Sequence record: LC727698.1
Length of the DNA stretch: 64,000 nucleotides
Strand: one strand, 5' to 3'
Shown: positions 18,734-30,200 of the stretch, piece by piece
How the letters are laid out: each line of letters opens with the position of its first letter
Numbering within the stretch: position 1 is the stretch's first letter
Notes under the pieces: generated by a model
Database searches by the model: none
What the model was told of the DNA's origin: nothing
What the model saw: the letters and a program-made list of their open reading frames with translations, nothing else
Made by a program: the position numbers and the translations under genes

Positions 18734-20479
18734 TTAACCTACCCTAATCCATACGTATGCACATTGCCACGGAGATTGGTTATTATGTTTTCCGTCGCCG
18801 CCGACAGAAGAAGTTAGAGGCGCTGTAGTAACGCTCTGGAATCCGTAACCGTCTTCGACCCTAGCAGATTGACCTCCGACTGAACCGAATCTACCCGATT
18901 GCGAAACGTTATTCCCGAAACCTTGTATGTGTTGATGTGCTGGCATCTCTGCTACAGTAAGTTTATGGAAATAAGTTCCTCCTGTTGATCCGGCAGCATA
19001 TCCACCCGAATCTCCATTTGCATCAGTAGTAGATCCGTTACCGACTATAGATCTACCCTGTGCATACGGATTCCAAACCCCGAATCCTAAATAAGTTGCT
19101 GGGTTAGCCGAATTAGTTGCGTTAATGTATACGGAACCTATGGGATATACTAATTCTCTAGTAGCTGCAATGGCAGTTAAAATTTTCTGATCTACTTGGT
19201 CTTGGGTATAAACAGTAGGAAGATTGCCAGTATGCCATATTCTTTGACCATTTATATATAGTGCGCCGTCGTTTACGCCATCTGTATGCAGTCGAACATC
19301 GTAATCAGTAGAAGAGTTCGTGGCATGGTGAAAATCTAAATACCTAGCTATTTCTGTAACACCAGATGTACTAACAACAGGAATCTTGTTAGCCATATTT
19401 CCAGGAACACCAGGTGCTATAACATCGTGTGACGCTGCTGTGCCTAATCCAACTACAGTTGTGTTCATTGTAACGTTTGTAGTACCGTCTAATACTACTG
19501 AACCTAAAACATTTCCAGTTAGTGTTAATGTTCTGCCAAACGTCCATTTATCTGCAGAAGCTGCTCTGGTTGCATTAGTCGCACTTGATGCATTACCTAC
19601 GAAATTTACAGAATACATGTTTCTATAGCGCCGAGCAGTAGAACCTAAGTCATACGTATTATCTATTACAGGCATCAAATGAGAATTTAAACCTTGATTT
19701 GTGCCAGTTCCTAGTGTTAATAACGTCGTATTTACATCTTGGCCGAAGAATCTTGTTACTCTATATGAAGTACCACCTATAATCCATGTGCCCCTACAGA
19801 ATAAATCGTTATTAGGTCCGTTTTCTAATGCTATAACAGAAGAACCATTAGTAAAAGTTATACCACCGGAATTAATCCATGCTTTCTTTGTATATAAATT
19901 ATCCCATTGTTTTGCAGACGAACCCAAACTAGACGATGTTATAAACTGACAAGGATTCGGCATAGTCGATTGGGTTTCGGGTAATATGTCGCCTTGAACT
20001 GAAGTATTTCCTACAACTGTAAGAGCAGTTCTGTTAGAACTAGATGTACATTTTCTTAAAGTTGCTTCTGTTCCGAAAAAGCCCACTGCATAGATATTTT
20101 TAAATCTAAGTGTAGGAGACCCTATATTAATTGTATTATCAACTTTTGGCAATAGATCTTGTATTAATGCTCCGCCAATAGGAGTCCACATTTCGTTAGA
20201 TCTATCTGCACTAGTGTTATCGTTAGGAGATAGAGGGTCTGCTCCTTTCCATACTTTAAGTATTTCCTGCTGAGTATCATACCACAGTTGGCCCTTAATG
20301 GCCCCCCGAGGCGGAATTGTATTGGCAAAATTTTCTAAATGCCTAATTGTACTCTGTGCTATTTCTCCGCCATATGGTGATATGTCTTTGCCTAGTAATG
20401 GCAAAGTATAATTCTCTAATATCGTTTGGTCTGCAACAGTAATAGGGGTGCCGTTACTTTTGGAAATATTATATGACAT
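18734..20479 (-). CDS. Tail fibre with T4 gp10/gp12-like C-terminal domain
   Basis: YPIGSVYIN...NPATYLGFGVW...GR..VG and H.LT..EMP.H.H motifs; N-terminus shared with 17295..18731. Confidence 0.7.
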   Translation of the reverse strand: MSYNISKSNGTPITVADQTILENYTLPLLGKDISPYGGEIAQSTIRHLENFANTIPPRGAIKGQLWYDTQQEILKVWKGADPLSPNDNTSADRSNEMWTPIGGALIQDLLPKVDNTINIGSPTLRFKNIYAVGFFGTEATLRKCTSSSNRTALTVVGNTSVQGDILPETQSTMPNPCQFITSSSLGSSAKQWDNLYTKKAWINSGGITFTNGSSVIALENGPNNDLFCRGTWIIGGTSYRVTRFFGQDVNTTLLTLGTGTNQGLNSHLMPVIDNTYDLGSTARRYRNMYSVNFVGNASSATNATRAASADKWTFGRTLTLTGNVLGSVVLDGTTNVTMNTTVVGLGTAASHDVIAPGVPGNMANKIPVVSTSGVTEIARYLDFHHATNSSTDYDVRLHTDGVNDGALYINGQRIWHTGNLPTVYTQDQVDQKILTAIAATRELVYPIGSVYINATNSANPATYLGFGVWNPYAQGRSIVGNGSTTDANGDSGGYAAGSTGGTYFHKLTVAEMPAHQHIQGFGNNVSQSGRFGSVGGQSARVEDGYGFQSVTTAPLTSSVGGDGKHNNQSPWQCAYVWIRVG

Positions 20480-20482
20480 AAA

Positions 20483-21088
20483 TTACCCCATTTGCACTCT
20501 AACAGTATATTGTATTTGTAATGCTCTATTAGATGATTTTTGTATAGGATGGAATATTACATGAGTAATCATTATTGCTTCACTTTGATCTAAATTTCCA
20601 GCTATACTAGGTGGCCCTACATATAACGCAATTTCATCGAATACAGAACTATCTTTATTATCTTCTGCAAAACTGGGAGCTCTGTCTATAATTTGTTGTT
20701 GTAGTCCTGCTTCATCGTATGCAAGAGTAGTGGTTACTTTTAAATCTGAAAAATTTGTACTTCCTAAAATAACTTCTATTTTATTCTGAAGTGTATTATC
20801 TATTTCTTTTTTAAATGTTTCGTTATATAACGAATCGTCGGGATTACGTATAATAGAAACATTGGGTTCCCTATAAATTATTTCACCCTCAGCAGTCACT
20901 CGAGTACCGCCGTTGCCGAAAGCCATATATCTTACGTGCCCGTTATCTTGTCCAGCCAATGCAGATACTATAGCAGCAGCCAAATTACCGAAATGAATTG
21001 CATTCTTTTTGCTAAGAAGTATTTCACCCGTGTCTTTATCTACAATAGTAAGATGCCCAATAGCACGGATAGTTCCACTATCTTGCAT
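20483..21088 (-). CDS. Virion structural protein (baseplate/tail)
   Basis: GH..I.D..TGE.L..K.NAIH, FDE.AL and HV.FHPIQKS.NR motifs; late promoter upstream. Confidence 0.6.
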   Translation of the reverse strand: MQDSGTIRAIGHLTIVDKDTGEILLSKKNAIHFGNLAAAIVSALAGQDNGHVRYMAFGNGGTRVTAEGEIIYREPNVSIIRNPDDSLYNETFKKEIDNTLQNKIEVILGSTNFSDLKVTTTLAYDEAGLQQQIIDRAPSFAEDNKDSSVFDEIALYVGPPSIAGNLDQSEAIMITHVIFHPIQKSSNRALQIQYTVRVQMG

Positions 21089-21239
21089 ATTAACCCCTTT
21101 TATTTAATAATTCTTTATTTGTTTTCAGATCTACAATTTTAACGTGATCGAGGGCGTGACCGAGCACGTCCTCGTCTGGTTTTTTATTGTTACTGTTATC
21201 TTTCTTATTATCCATATCGATATTTATCTGTGTTTTAAA

Positions 21240-24200
21240 CTACGGAGTTAATCCACTTCCAGGTCTGTTTTGTAAAAATATAGCCCAGGGAGTTGTACTT
21301 AGAGCAAGACCACCGTTATTATTTTCCCATATGTACTTACCTGTATCTTCTTGTTCTTGTTTATACGAACCGTCAAATACTCTAGTATATAAAGGCACAG
21401 TTGTATCTCCATTTGTTCCGGTATATACAGATGTCCCTAATGATCCCCTAGTCAATCCGTGTAATTTATTACCGCGTTTATATAAGAATTCTATACGTTC
21501 GGTTCCTATCCAAACTACACCGGGTTTACTACTAGACGGATCTACTATTGCAGATGCATCTACTAACTCTATAGATTTATCTGTAAGTTTTAATGGTTTA
21601 GCTAATCTAGTGCTATAATAATCAGAAATCCTAACATAGTGTGTTTCGCCCATTTCATCTAGGTGTACCCTGAAGCTTAGCGGTTTGGCAGGATATTTGA
21701 TTACAACATTATCACCTTGCATTGTAACTGGATTTATGAAATTGTGTTGTTCATTGAATACAGCTACCCACGAATTATTAACAATATCGGTTACTTTTTG
21801 AATGTTTGTTTCAGTCCAATCGATTCGTATAATATCGCCTGCGTTAAGAGTACCCTTATATACTACTAATAACTTAGCATTATCACCTGTTATATTTGTG
21901 AATTCTATAGTGTAGTCTTTGTCTTTAGTTTTACTAATTCCATTTATATAAACTGTCTCTCCTACAAAATTACGTATACTAGTATCTACAGTGAAAAGTT
22001 TTGTATTTGTATACAATATTTCTTTACTCTTACGAGTATATAAATTATTAGATACACTGATCATTCTTTTGTTAGCAGCAACAAACATGTCTAAAGTCTG
22101 CAACTTATATTCAGATGTAGTAACAGAAGTTATGTTATATTTGTTCATTACATACGAAACATAATCATCTAACTTCATTATAGAATAAGATTGATATTTA
22201 ACTGTAATTACAGTTCCTGCACTCGGCGCAATTTCAAAATTAATAACAAGTTCAGGAGTAATTCCACTATTATCTACAACTACTGTATAGCCATACATTG
22301 CAACTCCGCTTGAATAAACACCCTGGACTCTGTTGGGGAGAATATTCATACCTGTATGTATCATAGTATCTACACCATTTGCAGTAATATCTACAAACTT
22401 GTATGTAAGTTGTCCCGATGCCTGTGCGACTACTTCGTCAGGATTAGCAATAGTTGGCATATCTATAGGTAGTAGGTACACACTATCTGCATTTTCTGGA
22501 GAATCTATGCTTGGATCCCAAGCAAATGTATCCCATGTGTTTATATCTTTATTTTGTTTTGTATTTCTTAAATCTACAGTTATGTATCCTTGAGTATTAT
22601 CCCTTACTACCGAATTAGTATCAAACCTATAATCGTTAGCTACAGTAGTTTGTGAAGTATAATTATCTTTATAGACTACTGATATAATATCACCTGTACT
22701 GAAACTAGTAGGATATGCAATGACTACGGTATTAATGCCGTTGTTATCTATATTAAACTTCAATTTGTCTTCAGTATTAGGATCTCCGTTTATAACTAAC
22801 CCTATTATATCCTGTAACACTATTTTTTCAGTTAATACTATTTTAACAAACGGGTTCGAAGTATCTGTATTAGTAACAACATACTGAACTTCTGTAGTCT
22901 TCGCATTAGAATCTACAATAATAACCATGTTCTCTGTAGGAGATACTAATGCTTGTTCTTCTGGGATGCCTTCTCTTACGTCAGTATCTTCAAAATATGC
23001 ACCATCTATTATAGGCTTACTAGTGTCACTGTTAAATGTATTAGTAACAGGATTAAAAGTAAACACTATTTCGTCACCTTCTACTGCGCCAGGAACTTCT
23101 ATAGATGTAAAATTAGAACCTTTTGTAGCAGTGTATTGTGTAGAAGATCCATTTAGTGTTACGCTAGTTATATCTACTACATATCGTATGACAAATGTTG
23201 TTTTTCCTTCCGATATGACTGTTGCACTTGTTTCGGTATAATTAGGAGTAATAACATACGTAGCAGTAGAGGCATCCCATGCGTATTCGTCCCATTTTGT
23301 ACTATCCCACGGTCTGCTAAATATGTACTCAAAATCTTTAGCATCTATGACCTTGCCTTCATAGTCACACCCGTATTCGTCGCCGAATCGTTCGTTAAAT
23401 TGGAATAAAACATCTCTCTCGCCGGCTGAACTTTCGTATAGACGTTCAGTAAACGAACTGTATGGATATGAACCGTTTATGGGTGCGGCACTTAAAATAT
23501 CCCGTTGCAAGTCAGTTTGATATAATATATATCTTCCAGCAGCGCCAGAATATTGTAAGTATTCAGTCCATAATTGACGATTACCTTCTTGTATTGTGCC
23601 CGGTATACCCCAACGTAATTGACCCCACTTAGGTATACCCCAGCCGCCTGCGATTTTACCAGCCGGATCTATTGCTAAATCAAATATAGGTTTAAGCACT
23701 TTACCGGGTTGTCTAGCATTATATTCTAACCTCATTTCCTCTAACGGAGTTTGGGTGAATTCTGTACCAGAATATAATTTTATTTTAGATCCTATTTTAA
23801 TAAGAGTATTTGATTTAAATGTTACTTGTAGATAACCATTCTCGTTTATTTCTACATCATATTGCTCTTTAGTAATAGTTTTTCCATCTACCTTAATTTT
23901 CCAAACAGATTTTATATCGGTGTAGTTTACTATTATTACATCACCTGCATCAGGAGTAGAAGGAAGTATTATAAATGTTGCATTTAATATTGTAGTGAAT
24001 GTGTAACCTTCTATTTCTTGCCCATTTATTGTTACAGATGTTATTCTAGAAATATCTTTATTAGCACCTAATTGATATTGAGAAATTCCATCTAATGCTA
24101 TAAATTCATCATTAGGAGTATTTGCTATAAGAACTACTTGGCCACCGGTACCGATAAATGTTTGGTCGCCTAAGTCTATATAATTCGGTTTAGTTATGTA

Positions 24201-27200
24201 ACCGCATTGTACTCGATCGTATAACGAATTTATATCAAATAATCTGGGTACTTCTATCGGACGGAATGGTGCTTGTTCTCCCTCGTGATCGTCTGGCCAA
24301 TCATATAATGAATCATAGTCATACGCTGTTCCGTTCGCGATATCCATAGGAACATTATATTTTACCCCTAAGTCTCTTATTTTTGTAGTATACGGTTTAA
24401 TTTCTTTTATATAAGAAATAAAACTCTGTATAGGATCAGTTGTAACCGATTCTTGCTGAGTTAAACTTTCTCCTTCTTGATTAACTTTTATATAAGTAGT
24501 CTTGAATACCCAATCTAAGTTTTGTTGCTCAGATAAAATATAATTTATTAACGCAAAGAACACTAAGTTCCTCATTACTAAGTTTGCGTCTTTAAATACA
24601 TTGTTATAAAGAGCAAATATTAGTTCTCGCAGTGCATTATCATTTGTATATGATCTAGATACTGTATAGATTGCAGGCAACAACTGAATAGCACTGTTCT
24701 GACGTCCAATTAGCGTAAAATTTTGATTACTGTATTGATAAAGTGTAAATTCTTCAGGTCTTACTAATTTAACTATATCGCCGTCTTTTAGTTTTCCTAC
24801 AAGTCCCGTTAATTCACCTACAGTAGACACCTGTTTTACAGGTGTTGTATTAAATTGATTAAATCCGTCAGCATACCAGTTTACATATCTCCAAAGAACA
24901 GAAGACGCTAATCCGTCAGCCCATGCAGGATTAAAATCTTTTATAGATATAGTAGACAGAAGACTGTTTGCATTTTGAACAAATACTTTTCTTGCTGCCA
25001 TTCTATTATCTATCATAGATTGTCTAGGTCTTACTTTTATACCCAATTTACTAAATTCAGACAACGTAGGGTCAGGAACTATATCTCCGTTTATGTTATA
25101 TCCAACTAAACTATCTACTAATCTATTCCATAGATATGTAGGGATAACCGAAACTTCGTCGCCTTCCCTTAGTAGTTTCCATTCTGTATGTTTCTCGTTT
25201 ATATTTTTAGTGTATCTATAATTAACCTGGAATACTGGTGTTTTTCCATTAATAGTTTTTGATACATTAGAAAATACAAACGAATTATTTCCTATAAACG
25301 AGAACCATTTATAACCCTGTGATTTAGGATTAGTTATAAGATTCTCTACACTAGTAGAAGTCATATTTCTACTTTTTATATTATTAGGTATTTCTTGTTT
25401 ACCTTTTACCCAATAATAATATATAGGTGTTGCTTGGCCAGCAGAATTAGTGTCATACCTGACAACATAATCTGTTAACGATTTCGGTGTGCCGGTGCCG
25501 TTGTATAAATCAGGCGTAAACGGACTTGAAACCCATTCGTAAACATTTATTACTGAACCTGGGAATAGTTTACCCCAATTATCCCTTCTATATTCTAGAA
25601 TTTGTTCTTTGGTTTCAGATCCATCTAGTTTTCCGGGTTGTTCATATTGTAAATACCTGCAAGTAGATGTATCCCACCATAATCTTCCCACTTCAGAATC
25701 TGTAAATGCTAATTCGTCGTCTATATTTGCAGAATTAGCCGAGACAGAATATGTAGTAGGATCTATTTCTGATTTATAGTGAATGTTTCTATCAGCAGTT
25801 CCTGGTATTAATCCTTTAACTGGATCGTAAACTGGTAGAAAATCTATAGTTTGTTTAGTGTCTTTATCATAGAAGTATGCATTTTCGAATAATTTACTAT
25901 CTACTAAATTTTGTCTAGAACGAATATTTGTTATAGTAGATCCAGAAACAACAGCAACAGCCCAGTCATTATCTGAATTTATACTATCTATCCATACTTT
26001 ACCTGATGTTACGTTAACAGTTGCATTATTTTTAAATCTCACATTTTTAAAGAATAAAGGATTCTGTATAGGTACATTAGTTACTTGTTTACCTTCTTTA
26101 TCAAATATTGCATCTATAACACCGTCCGAATCTACAGTATACGAATATACCATATTGTTTATAACACAATACGGATATAGCGCATTAGTAGCAGGTGTTA
26201 GTCCAGAGTATATAACAAATACACCCCAGTCGATACCTACCGACGAGGCATTACCTACCCAAATGTAACTAGTTAGACTCGGTTTAGAAACATCTTTTCT
26301 TTCCCACAATGTAAATATATTTTTAGGATATAGTATTTGATGAGTAACATCTTTAGTGTTTACATACCCAGCTGTAGGTATATTTCCGTCTAGCTGTTTT
26401 GTAGTAGGAACTAATCTATCATTATACTTAATCTCATTACCTACAATTACTGGCATTCTGCCATTAGGTTTAGATAGCCAACGCTCGTTGTCATCGCTAT
26501 CTATAGTAATAATCATATCATATGGACTATCTTCGTCTATTTTATTTTTTATAATAGAAATTAACTTATCTATAGTTATGACAGTCTGGTTATAAATTAT
26601 TGCTATCTTGGGAGGTTTTATATAACCGTATCCTGGTTCAGTTATAGTAACAGAATCAATTCTTCCATTTTTTAATACAACCTGTCCTGTTGCTCTAATT
26701 TCCTCTACAATACTATTATTGGGGCTATTTAATTGATTGCCTTGCAAATACGCATCTACATTAGGATCTAAGCCAGCATTAGCTTCTTCAGGTGTAGCAA
26801 ATACTATTATAGGTGTAGTAGTATAAATCATTTCCGAACTTAACACTCTAACTTCAGAAACTTTACCTGTTCCGTATGATACAGGATATGATAATTCTAC
26901 TATTTGCGGATCACTTTTTACTAAATCGCCGTCAATTAATACTTCTAATTGTGCATTACTATTAGTAGCACCAAAATCTGCTAGCTTAAATGCAAATTCC
27001 TCATAAATCTGAATATTTTCATTACTTTTAATAAATTCAGATCGTAAGAGTTTATCTACAGACTGCTTTGTACCTTTCTGAGAAATCATGCCTTTATAGA
27101 ATAGATATTGCTGATCGCCTGTAATACGTAGATTGTTTAAATACTCTCTATCTTGGAATCCTATTAAATGTCTAGCAGTTTGTTCTATTATGGGATTATC

Positions 27201-30200
27201 TAATGTATTTTCAGTATCGTAATAATGCCATATTGAATCAGTTAAATTCTCAAAGTTTTGTAATAGATTATCATCTTGTATTAAATAACCATCCGCCTCA
27301 AATTTACCGTACCAATCGTTTGTGCGAATGCCGCGCAACTGAAGTCTTTTTTGTCTAGAGTATAGTAACGGATCGTATATAGTATCATTAAATATAGTTT
27401 TGTTATCAAAAAGTATAGCGTGTTCTGTATCACTCGTAGAAACACGGAATAAATATATTCCAATTTGATCGCTTTCGTGAGATACAGAGATAGTTCTTCT
27501 GTCCCTGTCTATAATAGTATCATTAGGCGATATAGCATATCCATTTTGATCTAATATACTATAAACACCATTTGATATTCTTTCTACCTTCTCAGGATAA
27601 CCTTCGTTTACTTCTAATGCAATTTTAGAAGCGCCCGGGGCGACGAATAAAGTGTTATTTGGTGCCCATTGAGTAGTTGCCCAGAATAAGAATCCCTTAG
27701 CAGAAGTAACCCAATTTAATACTTCTCCTGTAGTTTGGTCTATTTCATTAAATTTCCATCCGTTTAATTCTAAATACTGACCATATCCTATTAGGAAATC
27801 AAATACATCCTGAGGAGTATCTAATTCACTTCCGTATTCTATTTCGTAGAATTCGCTATAATCACCTTCATTAACATAGTTTACTGTTATACCGCCGGTT
27901 GCAGGAAGTGATTTTAGACGCATCCAGTTATCTTGATTAAATTTTCCCTGTGCTGCAATAACAACGCATTGATAGTAGACTCCATTGTACCGAACTACAT
28001 CTCCATAGTTGTACTGAACATTTGTGTCATAAATTGTGAAATTAGAAGTTGTTCCGCCTACATTTATTGTAGTTCCAGATACTAATGTACTTCTAGGAAC
28101 AACTTTAAATACAGGATTTAATACATCATATCCTCTTACTTCAAATTTTCCATATTCGTTTACACGTATTGCAACACCGCTGAATACGTATTCAGTTATA
28201 GGTTTGCCGGTGTATACTCTTACATGTATATTTTCGTTAGGTAACAACATGCTAGAATTAGTAGAGCCGCCAGATATACTATCAGCATATACGTTCAATG
28301 TATCTACATTGGTATATCCTGCAAGTCTATGTGCTAAACAAACATCTAACGAACGTATCTTACTACCGAAATTGTATGTAACATCTTGTTTACCCATAAA
28401 GGACAATCTATCAAACACATATTGTTGATATCCAGAGTTTAACACTACATTTCCATTTACCACTTCGCCATGGGCATATGTGTTACTATTAGCAATTCTT
28501 GTATATGTAGAACTTGATATATACTGCTTAGCGTTTATGGGTGCTCTTGTGTCGTCAAGTGGATTCCAATATCTTTCACCGAAATCTGCAGGTTTCATTA
28601 AATATAACAATTCTAACTGAACAAATGGCCATTCCGAATTGGTATACCATGCTTCTTCTACAGGACTATTGTCCCCGAATATCCATTCGTCTTGAAGTGT
28701 TTCTATTTCTTGATTAGAAAGCTGCGGAACTATACCTAACTCCTCTGGTGTTTTTAAATCACCAGAAGCATCCGACGGTATTAGATTTGGAACTAATCCA
28801 GTCCTTTTATACTTTTCATGGGTGCCTGCTCTATTGCCACGGCGAATTATACCGTTTTCAATATCAGTCCACATATCAGTGTTTTGTGAAGTATAATCTC
28901 CATTATATTCTTCATCCCACCAGGTCGGCTTTTCTACAAACCCTAACATTTCCCACGGTGTTTTATTAGGTGTTAGTGTGTTATAGTAGTATTTGTATAA
29001 TCCGCGCCAGGATCCGATAGAATCGTTACTAACTGGACGATAATTCCAAGTTTTCCAGTTTAACGAATTAAATCCAGAATATAATTTATAATTAAGACTA
29101 TTCTTTAAACACCATTTTAAGAAATAAGGTTTTACTATTTCATTATATTGTTGCAGAGTATACCCGTTTTCATAAAATTTTGTCGGTTTTACATCGTCTA
29201 ATTTAAGTAATAAATTGTAATCTAGTCTAAATTTGTCGGCAATATTGTTATATATTCTTGTTTCGAATTCTAATAATAGATCATCCCTAATATCGCCGTA
29301 GGTGGGTATTTTAGAACCATCATGACCTAAAATTACTTCTGTAGGAGTAACATAACTAGTATCTACAATTATTTTAGGTTGATATACAGGATAACATCCT
29401 ATTTTAGAAGGTGTTGCAGGTATTTTTGCAGAAAGTATGTTATTGTATATACGAACAATATACGACGTATTCGAAGGTGTACTAGACAGTTTAACAACTA
29501 AATTATTATTAGAATACGATAGTATATAGTCTTTATCTATTGTTAATGTATTGTAATCAACAGAAGTGCCAGATCTTCTAAATACAAGAACAGAAGAATC
29601 CATTTTACCTAATATGTTATTAGTCGGTACTAATAATGTATTTCCTACTGATGCGCTAGAGAAATTGTATTCATCGTATACATCACCCCATGCAGCCATA
29701 TATGACTGTGTGAAGGCACCATTGTATTCGAACGTGCTAGTAACGCGATTTATCACATATGTAAACAATGCATCTATGTTTACTGGGTTTGTATTTTGAT
29801 TTAAAGGCGTAGCTATTAATTCTTTTGCATATTTTATGAACTTATCTTTATATCTAGTATACTCGTCGCGTGCAAATCTTATAGCAGAATTTATATTTAA
29901 TTCTTCGCTAGAAGATACAAGCATTGTTTTTAACAATGGACTTCTGTTTTGTAGAATAAATGTACCTAAAGATTTGTCTTCAGCAGTATCTCTGTAATTA
30001 TTATTAGAACTATAAGGATCTCCTTTAAATCCTATTTGATTAGTCATTATACTAACAAAATGGTTTGTTAACTCATTCGACGAGTATTCATTTACTTCTA
30101 AGTTGTTAGGGTTATTCTCTAATTGTTGTGGAATTTGATAATACCCTAGTGCGTTATCTGGCAAAGCTTCTTTAGAATAGGTGTATGTTTGAATAACATC

